Below, in pieces: positions 27,117-36,960 of a stretch of DNA of 64,000 bases. Position numbers and translations under genes: made by a program. A model generated the notes under the pieces. The model was not told the DNA's origin. It saw nothing but the letters and a program-made list of their open reading frames with translations, and made no database searches. This DNA comes from a virus: positions 1 through 64,000 of the IMG/VR virus record IMGVR_UViG_3300044996_000496; one strand, 5' to 3'. The stretch's first letter is position 1. Each line of letters opens with the position of its first letter.

Positions 27117-28068
27117 GTTATTTAATATTGGAAATTTTGAGATAAATACGTCTAGGTTTGATAATTTGTTGCATGGAAAAGTTGTTTTTGAGTTTGAGCG
27201 TAAATTTTCCGAGTATGTTGGCGCGAAGTATGCGTGTTCTTTTTCAAGTGCGAGTATGGCAATTTTTGCCATTTTTAAGTTATTTGATGATTTGCGTAGT
27301 ATTATAAATATACCAACAATGATACCACATGTTGTTGTTAACTCAATATATAACGCAGGATACAAAATCAATTTTGTTGATAATAACCAGTGGGTGGGCA
27401 ATTGCTACTTATTGCATACATTTCGAGATGGGGTTAAGATATTTGATTCTGCTCAACAGGTTGAACGTTTTCAATATAAAAATATGTGTAATGACAATGA
27501 TATTATGATATTTAGTTTTTATCCAACTAAACCTATTGGTAGTTGCGATGGAGGGATGGTTGTTTCAAATGATATGGATGTAATTAAAAGATTAAGAGAA
27601 TTTTCAATTAATGGAACTGCATTTAGTACAAACAGTTGGGATAGGGTAATTACCATGTGTGGCGGCTGGAAAGTGTATATGAACTCAGTGCAGGCATACA
27701 TGGCCAGTTGTAATTTAGATAATTTTGAGAATAAAATTGAAAAGTTAAATCAAATTAGAAAAATATATAATAAATTTATTGGAGAGATTTCTGTTACAAA
27801 TAATAGTAATCATTTATATAGAATAAGAGTAAGCAATAATAAAGAATTTTGTGCAAAAATGCTTAAAGCTGGAATTATGTGTGGAATACACTATGAAACA
27901 CTTCATAATCATGACAAGTATAGAGATATCTGCGTCAATGATGTTGGTTGTGATTTTGTTAAATCTATATTTGATTCCAAAACAGTGGCAAGCATACCAT
28001 TTCACGATAATATGAGTTATAGCGAAGCAGAGTATGTCGTTAAAAGCGCTATTGCATTAAGTAATTGA
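27109..28068 (+). CDS. Second, divergent DegT-family aminotransferase
   Basis: FDSAQ, FSFYPTKPIGSCDGG, GIHY, SIPFH. Confidence 0.85.
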   Translation: MIKLFNIGNFEINTSRFDNLLHGKVVFEFERKFSEYVGAKYACSFSSASMAIFAIFKLFDDLRSIINIPTMIPHVVVNSIYNAGYKINFVDNNQWVGNCYLLHTFRDGVKIFDSAQQVERFQYKNMCNDNDIMIFSFYPTKPIGSCDGGMVVSNDMDVIKRLREFSINGTAFSTNSWDRVITMCGGWKVYMNSVQAYMASCNLDNFENKIEKLNQIRKIYNKFIGEISVTNNSNHLYRIRVSNNKEFCAKMLKAGIMCGIHYETLHNHDKYRDICVNDVGCDFVKSIFDSKTVASIPFHDNMSYSEAEYVVKSAIALSN

Positions 28069-28932
28069 TTTTGATATTTCAATTATTTTTTTTGCCCAGT
28101 TGTTTCTGCTATATTTTTGAACCCCAATAAATCCATTATATCTTATTCTATTTCTTTCATCTGTATTTTTTAAGTAATATTGTATTTTTTCATTTAGATC
28201 ACTTATGGAGTCGAATATGACCAAGTGTTCTTTATCAATAAATATGTCAGATCTTCCGAGCCAATCATTTGTTAGTAGAAATCCTCCAGCGGCCAATATT
28301 TTGTATACCCTATCCGACATACAGTTAGCTGTACACATATTGAGATTGATTTTACTTCTGCTAACAACGTTTGCATGCTCCTTGGCAAATGCGTTCTGGA
28401 ATACCTGTATTTTTGTTGTTACAGAATTTATAAGATCTGCTCTGTAGCCGTATATACTCCCAATAAATGAAACATCTATGTCCTGTTCAGTGCAATGTCT
28501 TGGCCTGTCAATGTCCTGGTCGAAGCCCTCTGGAACTAAAAAGGTATTTTTGTTGAGCCTGTATGCATCTTGATATACTTGTGGTTTGTCACAGCATACA
28601 AATGAGCAGTAGAGGGCTTTTGTTCTAGCCTCGGCGTCCCAATTTGGTGTTGCATCCATAAACCATAGGCATGTTTTTGAATATTTATTGCACTCATGAA
28701 TTACTCGTATGTTTACAAGATTTCCTTTGCTGAAGATAACTAAGTCTGGAAGTTCGGTTTTGCATACTTCAATTATTTCTAGGTCTCTTTTTTCCCTGCT
28801 GCCAAGCTCGTCTGCGCGTACCCTAAAATTGTATTTTATTACCTCTGCTCCGCTGTGTTCTAGTCCCCTGGCCTGCGAATTGTTCGTTGACTTGTTAAGT
28901 TCGTCAAATACTGCAATAAATAATATTTTCAT
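28057..28932 (-). CDS. CgeB-like glycosyltransferase (GT-B)
   Basis: DVSFIGS..GYR, SKINLN, SDRVYKILAAGGFLLT, KIQYYL. Confidence 0.85.
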   Translation of the reverse strand: MKILFIAVFDELNKSTNNSQARGLEHSGAEVIKYNFRVRADELGSREKRDLEIIEVCKTELPDLVIFSKGNLVNIRVIHECNKYSKTCLWFMDATPNWDAEARTKALYCSFVCCDKPQVYQDAYRLNKNTFLVPEGFDQDIDRPRHCTEQDIDVSFIGSIYGYRADLINSVTTKIQVFQNAFAKEHANVVSRSKINLNMCTANCMSDRVYKILAAGGFLLTNDWLGRSDIFIDKEHLVIFDSISDLNEKIQYYLKNTDERNRIRYNGFIGVQKYSRNNWAKKIIEISKSIT

Positions 28933-29297
28933 TTATTTTGGTATCCTTCATAAAATTTAATATCTTCTTCGGATATTTGTTTGTGATGATTTTTATCTAT
29001 ATGGGCATCAAGATAAACATTTATTGCTTTTAATAATTTTGGGCGTTTTATTCTGCATATAAAGTCTATTTTTCTTTTTATTTTTTTGATTTTATATGCA
29101 TCACTAGTTGCCGATACCTCGTCTTCCATTTTCCAGAGTCTTATGTGCAATATTATTAGTTTTTCTAGCATTTCAGCAAAATTATCACTAAACTCAAGAT
29201 CAAGATCGGACAGTGGCTCTTTGTAAAATCTTTGTGCAATTTCTTGTAATATTAAATCTGCTGCTTGTTCTATGTTTGGTTGTTTTCCGTTTGACAT
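28929..29297 (-). CDS. DUF4254-like helical protein
   Basis: FAEMLEKLIILHIRLWKMED...R..L..AIN pattern seen in glycan loci. Confidence 0.55.
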   Translation of the reverse strand: MSNGKQPNIEQAADLILQEIAQRFYKEPLSDLDLEFSDNFAEMLEKLIILHIRLWKMEDEVSATSDAYKIKKIKRKIDFICRIKRPKLLKAINVYLDAHIDKNHHKQISEEDIKFYEGYQNK

Positions 29298-29298
29298 T

Positions 29299-30231
29299 TT
29301 ATTGATTTTCCAAGATTTCGTTGATTTTTGAGTATACACTATTAGGCTGCGGCTGTCTGCCGATTTCTTGAACTATTTTGATTTTTACATTGAAAGGGTT
29401 CCAGTCTCTGGTGTATCTGTTCAGATACTCTTCTATTCCGATAACAAGAACTCGCGGACATGAACACAGGGCGGCTAGATTGATTGGCCCGCTCGGACAT
29501 CCGATCATACATTTTGCATTGTTTAACATGTATATTTCATTTTCTAGATTAATTCCTCGCATGTCTTCTATCCCAGGTAATGATAGTGACCCATGTATAT
29601 CTCCAATGGTGCATATTGATAGATTTTTGTGTTTTGATTTTTTTATTATATCAATTAGAGATAGCCAATTACCAACGTGCCAATTTTTGTTGGCGGAATT
29701 TCCTTTTGTAGTTGATCGTGCGTGTATTATTATATCAAATGTCTTTTGATTGTCCATTTTTATATTATATGGTATGAATGATTGATTAATTTCGTAAAAT
29801 TGATTTTGGGGATTATTTTGATTAGACCAAAACATTGAATTATAGTTAATAACCTCTTCATTCGGAGGTATCCATATATACTCTTTTTTGTCGGTGCTGC
29901 AGAATGATAAAACGTAGTATTGTCCGCAGTTTAAGGGTGTATTTAGTACAGTAAACTTGGTTTTTATTGGTATATGGGAATTTATTGTGTCTAAAACACT
30001 TTGGTGCATGTGGTCAAATCCCCACATGCGAGACATTGATGTGTCTCCGTACATATATGTTTGATATGGTATAAATTTTTCAGCGAAGTCTTTGTATAAT
30101 ATTTTATGGTTTGGATTATCAACTACTGTTATTTCATATCCAATTTTTGATAGGTATCTAAGGTGGGCCTGCCAGCAGAATAGCTTCCACCCAAACTCTC
30201 CGACAAATGGGCCAGCTATTATTTTTTGCAT
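29299..30231 (-). CDS. GT9-like (heptosyltransferase-fold) glycosyltransferase
   Basis: GEFGW, IIHAR...KNW...W, DMRGINL...IGCPSGPINLAALC. Confidence 0.7.
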   Translation of the reverse strand: MQKIIAGPFVGEFGWKLFCWQAHLRYLSKIGYEITVVDNPNHKILYKDFAEKFIPYQTYMYGDTSMSRMWGFDHMHQSVLDTINSHIPIKTKFTVLNTPLNCGQYYVLSFCSTDKKEYIWIPPNEEVINYNSMFWSNQNNPQNQFYEINQSFIPYNIKMDNQKTFDIIIHARSTTKGNSANKNWHVGNWLSLIDIIKKSKHKNLSICTIGDIHGSLSLPGIEDMRGINLENEIYMLNNAKCMIGCPSGPINLAALCSCPRVLVIGIEEYLNRYTRDWNPFNVKIKIVQEIGRQPQPNSVYSKINEILENQ

Positions 30232-30232
30232 G

Positions 30233-30802
30233 TTAAATTATTTTGTCTATAAACCCGAGCTTGAGTGCTCTTACTGGTGATAAATAAATATCATTGCCCT
30301 CTCTGAGCATTTTGTCTAATGTATTATAGTGCAGTTTGGTGTTGCTTGATATGATTTTGCAGTATATTTTGTGTATTCTGTTGAACTCTTTAAGCATTTC
30401 CTCCATTGCACGCAGGTTCGAGTCTGATATTTCAGTTTCTTTTATTCCATGCATCATTATTGTGCTTTGCTTAAACGCATGTCTGTTTCCGATTGTTCCG
30501 GCAACAAGCGGTAGGACAGCTGCCGATGCTGCTATCCCGAGACAATATGTATTTATTTGACATTTTGCATTTTTTATTAGTTCATATATTCCTATTGAGT
30601 AGTATACATCCCCACCGTCGGATGATATAATTATATCTATTGGATCTGCTTTTTTATCCATAAAATCGAAATCATAAAATTGTTTTGATATTTCCGAGCA
30701 CGTTGATGAGTCTATTATTTTGCCAAAAAATATTTCTCGTTTTTTACGTGGTAATTTTTTTGTCACATACCACCCCCCTTTATTACATAGATACATTATC
30801 AA
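30233..30802 (-). CDS. clpP: ClpP-family protease subunit
   Basis: ISSDGGDV, GIAASAA (catalytic Ser), IMMH, D.YLSP..A.KLGFIDKI. Confidence 0.88.
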   Translation of the reverse strand: MIMYLCNKGGWYVTKKLPRKKREIFFGKIIDSSTCSEISKQFYDFDFMDKKADPIDIIISSDGGDVYYSIGIYELIKNAKCQINTYCLGIAASAAVLPLVAGTIGNRHAFKQSTIMMHGIKETEISDSNLRAMEEMLKEFNRIHKIYCKIISSNTKLHYNTLDKMLREGNDIYLSPVRALKLGFIDKII

Positions 30803-30855
30803 TTGCGTAATTTGTTATTATTCACTATATTATGTTGTGAACCGTTGGAGGGGGT

Positions 30856-31260
30856 ATGGATAAAAAATGTTCTTGCTGTGGGCATGAGATAAAAAAAATA
30901 CACAAATGTGATCTTTGTGGGGAGGATGTGTGTAATAATTGTCTTATTGAGTGGACAGTTGCGCCTGGGTACATAAACAATAATAACTGTTTTGAGTTTA
31001 CGTGTGTATTTGATGCCACCGCAAATGAATATAACAGTGGGGTCGATGGGATGGGGTCTGTCTTCGGTTTGTGCCACATGTGTTATGCGGCCAATCAGGA
31101 TTTGTTTGTAGGATTTTGGAGAGATGCAACTAAAACAATAGTTAGTATATTGAATAAATTTATTGCAGATAATAAAGAGAAGATGAAAGAAGAAATTTTT
31201 AGGAGGGATGAGAGATTAAGTCAGATGGAGAGAAGTCTAAAGAGGGCGGCAGAGGATTAA
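30856..31260 (+). CDS. Zn-finger-like hypothetical protein
   Basis: Multiple CxxC motifs; GGAGGGGG RBS. Confidence 0.7.
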   Translation: MDKKCSCCGHEIKKIHKCDLCGEDVCNNCLIEWTVAPGYINNNNCFEFTCVFDATANEYNSGVDGMGSVFGLCHMCYAANQDLFVGFWRDATKTIVSILNKFIADNKEKMKEEIFRRDERLSQMERSLKRAAED

Positions 31261-31307
31261 TTGAAAAAGATAAAATACCAAGCAATATCGGGAAAAAACT
31301 GGGTTGC

Positions 31308-31580
31308 TTGGCAGATGTTTTACTATGTGATGAAGTAATTGATTTTGTTTCACAGGATTCATTTGAAAAGTTGAAATCTAAAGTAATTGCAAATCTTAGA
31401 AAACTGTATATTGATAACAAAATAGATTTGTCTAATGTTGACGATGATTTAGGCAGCGTTTCAGTTGCCGACAGAGAAAAAAGAATATTAAAAAACAAAA
31501 CTAAAACAGAGCTTTTGAGGAAGGGAAATGCAGGGAAACGAGTTAACACTGGACAGAGGGGCACAGCGAGGATTTATTAG
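31308..31580 (+). CDS. Hypothetical protein
   Basis: 90-aa ORF filling the gap; start uncertain. Confidence 0.5.
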   Translation: MADVLLCDEVIDFVSQDSFEKLKSKVIANLRKLYIDNKIDLSNVDDDLGSVSVADREKRILKNKTKTELLRKGNAGKRVNTGQRGTARIY

Positions 31581-31998
31581 AGATGAGATGATTAGATTCC
31601 AAAATTTGCTTGGGTCAATTACTGAGTCTGTATATGAGGCAGAAGTTGCATACAAAAGACAAGAATTGTTTTGCAAAATTTTGGAGAGGGCGTTATTGGT
31701 TGAGGTGTTTGAGTCCGAAGAGGCGAAGTCTAAAAATTGGTCAGTAGATATGAAAAAGGCCAATGCGTTTCTTGCATCAATATCTAGGGAAAAACTTCTC
31801 AGTCGCCATGGAATAGATAAAATAATCCCGCCAGACAGGGCAACCTTTTCATTGTCAGAGGAAAAAGCGGTAGAGTTAGAGCTTGAGGCTTTGTGGAATC
31901 GTCTTAGAAACCGCATGGCGGCTATAAATGTTACAATAGATGTAGCTAGGAGCGGACTTTCATACGATAAGTCGGAGGCTGAAAACTATGCCAAGTAA
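31528..31998 (+). CDS. Helical hypothetical protein (possibly UvsY-like)
   Basis: All-helical 156 aa; C-terminal RS.LS..K.E pattern; family assignment weak. Confidence 0.55.
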   Translation: MQGNELTLDRGAQRGFIRDEMIRFQNLLGSITESVYEAEVAYKRQELFCKILERALLVEVFESEEAKSKNWSVDMKKANAFLASISREKLLSRHGIDKIIPPDRATFSLSEEKAVELELEALWNRLRNRMAAINVTIDVARSGLSYDKSEAENYAK

Positions 31999-32305
31999 TA
32001 GGGGTGAGTTGAATTTATCCGCATATGAGGAGATTATTACAGAGGCTCGTAAGCTGGCTGAGGAAAAGTATAAGGGTTATGGTCCTGATAATATAGGGGC
32101 TTTTGCTGATTTTGGATGTTTAGTCAGGGCAAATGATAAAATACAAAGAATGAAAACAATTTATTTGCGTCGCTTTAATTCAGGAGTATCTGAAGATAAA
32201 GCGTTGGTTGGGGCCGTTCCAGACGAAAAGATAGATGATGATATTAAGGATGCTATTAATTATTTAGTTTATATGTTGATGTGTCGGAGGGGACAGTGGA
32301 TGTAA
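31988..32305 (+). CDS. DUF1599 / nucleotide-modification-associated domain protein
   Basis: K...YG..NI...G.LVR.NDK..R...DE..DD...D..NY. Confidence 0.75.
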   Translation: MPSNRGELNLSAYEEIITEARKLAEEKYKGYGPDNIGAFADFGCLVRANDKIQRMKTIYLRRFNSGVSEDKALVGAVPDEKIDDDIKDAINYLVYMLMCRRGQWM

Positions 32306-33573
32306 ATGTAAGTAGTGTAAAGAATAATAAAATATGTAGAATAATACGCAATTGTTATCTTGAGAAGAATTTGTCTTGTGATATTTTTGTTGCCGGAGAA
32401 TATCTTGTTGGGCAGCTAATTGGAGATAATAAATTAAATGAAATAAAAATAGTTTTTGATGGGTCATTACCTGATGATAAGATTAGACGATTTGTCGAAT
32501 ATGTAATATCTTCGTTGGGATGGGTACATAAGTTTGATGATCATGATTTGTTAAATTTGATGTATTTTGACAAATATTCTGATAATAATGTATTGTTTAG
32601 ATTTGTTGTTGATATTGAAAATGTTGTTTTTATTTTTTATGTTTATAAGAGTTGTAATTTGTTAAATGATGTATACGATAGAGTTGCCGGGGGATTAAGC
32701 AATGATCTAATTTGTTATGATGTTAAATTAGACGTTGGCGTTGGGGTGGCCAGAAGTTGGGAACAGAACATAATTTCTCCAAAGGGCGATTATATATCGT
32801 GGATTAGGGATGATTTTAGTAGAATTATGAAAGTGTTTCGTTATGCTTGTGATTATAATTGTGATTTGTCGTATATGCTAACTGGATTTATTGGACAACT
32901 CGTTGACTCAAAAGATTCTGAGTTTATTAACTATTTTAAGTTTGATAATTTTGCTGCGTATAGGGCAGAATTTATAAAATGCATTATGTCGGACAATGCT
33001 AGTAAAATTTTCACTAGATTGCATGATTGTGGAGTTTTAAAGTATATTCTTCCGCAGGTTTCCATTCTATCAACAATTAAACAAAATAAACCAACAGCAA
33101 ATAATGCATTTATTCACACAATGCAGGTTTTAAAGTTGTGTCCTAGAGATCTTGGGCTTAGAATAGCTGCAATTTTTCATGATGTCGGGAAGTATGAAAC
33201 CAATTCGGCTGTTGATGATAGATTTTATAGACATGAGGTGATTAGCTCAAATAAAGTAATCAAATGGTTTAAATGTACTGGGTTTGGATCGCAAATTATT
33301 GATGGTAATGTTGAGTTTGTTGTTCCAGTTGTTCCAATATTAATTTCTAATCATATGCATATAGGTGGTTTGGTCAAATCTGGTGTAATTACATCAAATG
33401 CGGTCTCAAGACTTCATACTAGGTGCAGAGGTGAGCATTTAAGATCTGTACTGTTAGCAATGTATGATAGACTATGTAGCGTTAAAGAAGAAAATAGGGT
33501 TAATGAGTCAATAGAATATTATAGGTTAATTTTTGAGCTTAACAAAAGGGAGCTTGAGCTTAAACATGGATGA
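32281..33573 (+). CDS. CCA-adding-enzyme-like protein with degenerate nucleotidyltransferase head and intact HD domain
   Basis: IFVAG..L.G...NEIKI replaces GG.VRD...DxD; RDDFSRIMKVFRY (EDxxR-like); HT..V, AAIFHDVGK, FYRHE and NHM retained. Confidence 0.75.
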   Translation: MSEGTVDVNVSSVKNNKICRIIRNCYLEKNLSCDIFVAGEYLVGQLIGDNKLNEIKIVFDGSLPDDKIRRFVEYVISSLGWVHKFDDHDLLNLMYFDKYSDNNVLFRFVVDIENVVFIFYVYKSCNLLNDVYDRVAGGLSNDLICYDVKLDVGVGVARSWEQNIISPKGDYISWIRDDFSRIMKVFRYACDYNCDLSYMLTGFIGQLVDSKDSEFINYFKFDNFAAYRAEFIKCIMSDNASKIFTRLHDCGVLKYILPQVSILSTIKQNKPTANNAFIHTMQVLKLCPRDLGLRIAAIFHDVGKYETNSAVDDRFYRHEVISSNKVIKWFKCTGFGSQIIDGNVEFVVPVVPILISNHMHIGGLVKSGVITSNAVSRLHTRCRGEHLRSVLLAMYDRLCSVKEENRVNESIEYYRLIFELNKRELELKHG

Positions 33574-33701
33574 TGATATTGTTGATGGCGATTCTGAGTT
33601 TATTGATGCCATAAGTGGGCCATGCATCAATCGTATAAAACGAAAAATGAAAAAGATAAAAAAGAAAAAATTATGGCCGGGGAGGAAGCAAATTATTGAC
33701 A

Positions 33702-34154
33702 ATGAAGAAGAGGGACAAGAAGGAGCCGATAAGTAAATCTAAGGGGCATATTATTGTTGGTGAGATTTTAAAGAATATGTTCCCTATCAGTAAAATTTAT
33801 GAAGAATATAAATATAATAGATTGTTATTAATGTTTTATAAGAAAAATTCATTTGTGGTTAGGGATAATGCATTAATAGCAAAAGCTGGTCGCCTAAGGG
33901 CTGATTGGGTGGTTTTGGATAAAAGGTTGATAGTTGAAATTCAGGGTGATCAGCATTACGGTCCAGTTAGGTTTGGTGGAAGTGTCGATAGTTCTGAAAT
34001 GAGATATTATGATCAAAAAATAAATGACAATACAAAAAGAATTATAGCAAATGAGATGAATTGGTTGTTGGTTGAGATTCCATATATACATGGAGTTAGT
34101 TTGAATGAAAATTATGTGAGGGGGATAATAACAAATACCTTGTTGTCTTCATAG
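33702..34154 (+). CDS. PD-(D/E)xK endonuclease (Vsr/DUF559-like)
   Basis: LRADW...LIVEIQGDQHY...D..K....LVEIPY. Confidence 0.8.
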   Translation: MKKRDKKEPISKSKGHIIVGEILKNMFPISKIYEEYKYNRLLLMFYKKNSFVVRDNALIAKAGRLRADWVVLDKRLIVEIQGDQHYGPVRFGGSVDSSEMRYYDQKINDNTKRIIANEMNWLLVEIPYIHGVSLNENYVRGIITNTLLSS

Positions 34155-34162
34155 GTGTAGAA

Positions 34163-34579
34163 ATGCAGAAAGGTATTGTAACTTCTAATATTCTGGAAGG
34201 CACAGATAGACTGGTTGTGCCTCCTGCGTTTTTTATTGCAAATTTTAAATCCAGGGAAGCCGAACCATTTCCAGTTTTGTATTATCAGTACTTACAAAAA
34301 CCATATCACATAAGAGCCTTGTGTCGTTGCAAATGTTGTAAAACGTATATGTGTGAAAAAGTGCTGGAATATGGTCAGTACATTGGAAAGTATCAAACCA
34401 AATTTGGTTATTTGTCTCCTGGGATGTATGAGGGGATTGAGTTGATAACCATACCATTGAAAGAGTATCCCGGCTCTGTTGGTAGATTGTATAAACGAGT
34501 AGTTAGAATAGAAAATGTAATTGACATGTACGATGGGAGGTTTTTTGCGCACATAAGGGAACTAGGTGATATAAAATGA
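34163..34579 (+). CDS. Hypothetical protein
   Basis: 138 aa; CRCKCC motif. Confidence 0.65.
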   Translation: MQKGIVTSNILEGTDRLVVPPAFFIANFKSREAEPFPVLYYQYLQKPYHIRALCRCKCCKTYMCEKVLEYGQYIGKYQTKFGYLSPGMYEGIELITIPLKEYPGSVGRLYKRVVRIENVIDMYDGRFFAHIRELGDIK

Positions 34580-35337
34580 TAGAAAAAAAACTAAAAGTTA
34601 GTCAAAGTGAAATTGATGAGGTTAGAGATAAATTAATTGGTGCCAAGATTGAAAATGATATGACTGAAAATGAAAAAAAAGAAATAATGAATGAAATTGA
34701 TGTAAAAATACAAAGAGCGATAGATGGATGGAATACTGCTCCAAAAGAATTTAAGATGAGATGTATGATTTTGTTTGGTGTTGATGAGAGTTGGCTTCCA
34801 AGGAACAGAAGAACTCATGATCAAACAGAGGTTGATGATATAGATACAAGTTATGATAGGGAAATGTTGTCTGGGCTTACAAATAGGGAAAAGCGTATAT
34901 TTAAACAAAGAGTTGAATCTTATAAAAAGGAATTTGATTTAAATGACTCATCTGATTATGCCATGATACTGCAAATAGTTGCGGATGAAGTTTTGCAGAG
35001 AAGATATATTAGAGACATACTTTTAGAAAAGAAAAATGATGTCAGTAAGTTAATTGATTTATTAAATAAGCGATTATCTTCTAACTTGGAGACTCTTGGT
35101 ATTACTAGAAGTAAGCGTAAAGAACTTCAAGAAGAGCAGGAGGGGCACGTTGCTCAAATATCTGACTCTCTTGACGAGAAGTTAAGAAGCATAGCGAAAA
35201 TTCATAAAGAACATATGGAAGAAGAAGATATGTATATGAAAATGAAAAACAGTAGATCTGGTCCTGTTAATGTTATTCCGTCTATGCAAGAACTTCAGGA
35301 AACAGCTGAAGAGTTTGGGTACGAGGCGAAAAGCTAG
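34576..35337 (+). CDS. Putative terminase small subunit
   Basis: Helical 253-aa protein immediately upstream of TerL; LGITRSKR motif; mainly positional inference. Confidence 0.55.
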   Translation: MIEKKLKVSQSEIDEVRDKLIGAKIENDMTENEKKEIMNEIDVKIQRAIDGWNTAPKEFKMRCMILFGVDESWLPRNRRTHDQTEVDDIDTSYDREMLSGLTNREKRIFKQRVESYKKEFDLNDSSDYAMILQIVADEVLQRRYIRDILLEKKNDVSKLIDLLNKRLSSNLETLGITRSKRKELQEEQEGHVAQISDSLDEKLRSIAKIHKEHMEEEDMYMKMKNSRSGPVNVIPSMQELQETAEEFGYEAKS

Positions 35338-35338
35338 A

Positions 35339-36946
35339 ATGGCAGATAATAGTATAAAATTAATGAAACATGAAAGATATTATTTGACCAACAGTGAGCA
35401 ACTTATTGATTTATATAGAGCGGATCCCGTTATGGCTGCTCATGATTTATTGGGTATTCGTTTAATTTGGTTACAACGTATTGCATTGAGGACAATGTGG
35501 TTTAAGTTGTATGTTGCTTTAAACTGGGGGCGCGGAACCTCAAAAACATTTATTTTGGCATTGTTTTGTGTATTAAAGGCGATGCTGTACCCAGGTATGC
35601 GTATAGGTGTTTTTGCCCCAAGTTTTAGACAGCAGGGATTTATTTTTGATGAAATAGAACGTATGATGTCAAATAGCCCATTTTTGCGTATGTGTGTTAA
35701 GGGCGGGAAAATATCTAGGGGCCAAGGAAGAATTTACATGCAGATAGGAAAGTCTATGATCGAAGCTTTGCCGACCGGACATGACGGCGGGAAGGCCAGG
35801 GGTAGACGTTATGGTGTTGTGGTATGTGATGAGTATGCGCAAATTCTTCCAGATATAATTAAACTTGTTATAAGACCGATGTTGAACATTAAAATTGGTG
35901 GAGTTTCTAACCAGTTTATAGTTGCCTCGTCTGCATTTTATAAATGGAATCATTTTTATGGATTATGGTGTCATTATAAAGTTATGGAGGAGAAGTTTCC
36001 AGAGCAGTATGGTGTTCTTGATTTTGATTATAGAGATATATTAATGACTAAGAATTCTCCGTTTGAAGTTGATACATCGATTATAGATGCACAAAAAAGT
36101 GACATGCCACATGAGCTTTTTTTGATGGAAAATTTGTCTGTGTTTCCAGATGAAAGTGTTGGATACTTCCCAGCAAAGCTTTTGGAGGAGGCCACACCGA
36201 AAAGAACTCCTATTGCAATAGAGCCAAATAAAGGGGATCACGACGGTATTTATACTCTTGGGATTGATTGTGCTCGAACAAAGGGCGGGGACAATTTCTC
36301 TGTTGCTGTTTCTAAGGTAGTCGGTGGCAAAATACACTTGGTTAGGCTTGAGTCAATGAACGGCAAACCATTTCAGGAGATGGTATATCTAATTAGAGTG
36401 CTGCTACGTGATTACCCGATGGCGCGTATATATAATGATTATGGTGGTGGAGGTCAGGCAATAACCGATTTGCTTAATGAGCCGTGGGCCGACTATTCTA
36501 GTGGGAGAAGAGTGGATTATCCGCCAATTTTAGATATAGATGAATATGACGAGTATTCATCATATGAGGGTAATAGGATTCTTAAGCAGTTTAAATTTAG
36601 TAATGATAGTAAATCTGCTATATTTTCATCCTTTAAGGCAGATTTGGAAAATGGTGTGTTTAAGTTTCCACTCGGTGTTTTTAAAGATGATGATCCAGAT
36701 GTAGAGAGAATTGGTCTTGAGATTAAATGTGCAAAATCCGAGTTTATGGTTGTAATGACTGAGCCGACTAGTCATGGATATAGATTTGTTACTCCAGAAA
36801 ATATGAGAGATGATAGGGCGACTTCCATTATTTTATCTCATGCTGCTGCAAGAGATATTATGAAAATAGAGAGAGAGACTGGTGAAGTTGAAGATGTTCC
36901 AATGCCGTCGGTTGGTGTTTGGGTTGGGGATAGAAGTACATTGTAA
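35339..36946 (+). CDS. terL: Terminase large subunit
   Basis: Walker A variant GRGTSKT, APSFRQ, RGRRYGVVVCDE (Walker B), nuclease LGID.AR and DDRATS. Confidence 0.92.
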   Translation: MADNSIKLMKHERYYLTNSEQLIDLYRADPVMAAHDLLGIRLIWLQRIALRTMWFKLYVALNWGRGTSKTFILALFCVLKAMLYPGMRIGVFAPSFRQQGFIFDEIERMMSNSPFLRMCVKGGKISRGQGRIYMQIGKSMIEALPTGHDGGKARGRRYGVVVCDEYAQILPDIIKLVIRPMLNIKIGGVSNQFIVASSAFYKWNHFYGLWCHYKVMEEKFPEQYGVLDFDYRDILMTKNSPFEVDTSIIDAQKSDMPHELFLMENLSVFPDESVGYFPAKLLEEATPKRTPIAIEPNKGDHDGIYTLGIDCARTKGGDNFSVAVSKVVGGKIHLVRLESMNGKPFQEMVYLIRVLLRDYPMARIYNDYGGGGQAITDLLNEPWADYSSGRRVDYPPILDIDEYDEYSSYEGNRILKQFKFSNDSKSAIFSSFKADLENGVFKFPLGVFKDDDPDVERIGLEIKCAKSEFMVVMTEPTSHGYRFVTPENMRDDRATSIILSHAAARDIMKIERETGEVEDVPMPSVGVWVGDRSTL

Positions 36947-36960
36947 TTTCGGGTGGTATT

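Noticed and set aside
20366-30231. Host chromosomal O-antigen locus or prophage boundary
   Set aside because: Flanked on both sides by phage-type genes with the same gene packing; lacks wzx/wzy and an initiating transferase; no integrase or att site seen.
35339-36946. Intein or intron in the terminase or other core genes
   Set aside because: Lengths are ordinary, reading frames are uninterrupted, and no intein splice or LAGLIDADG motifs were seen.
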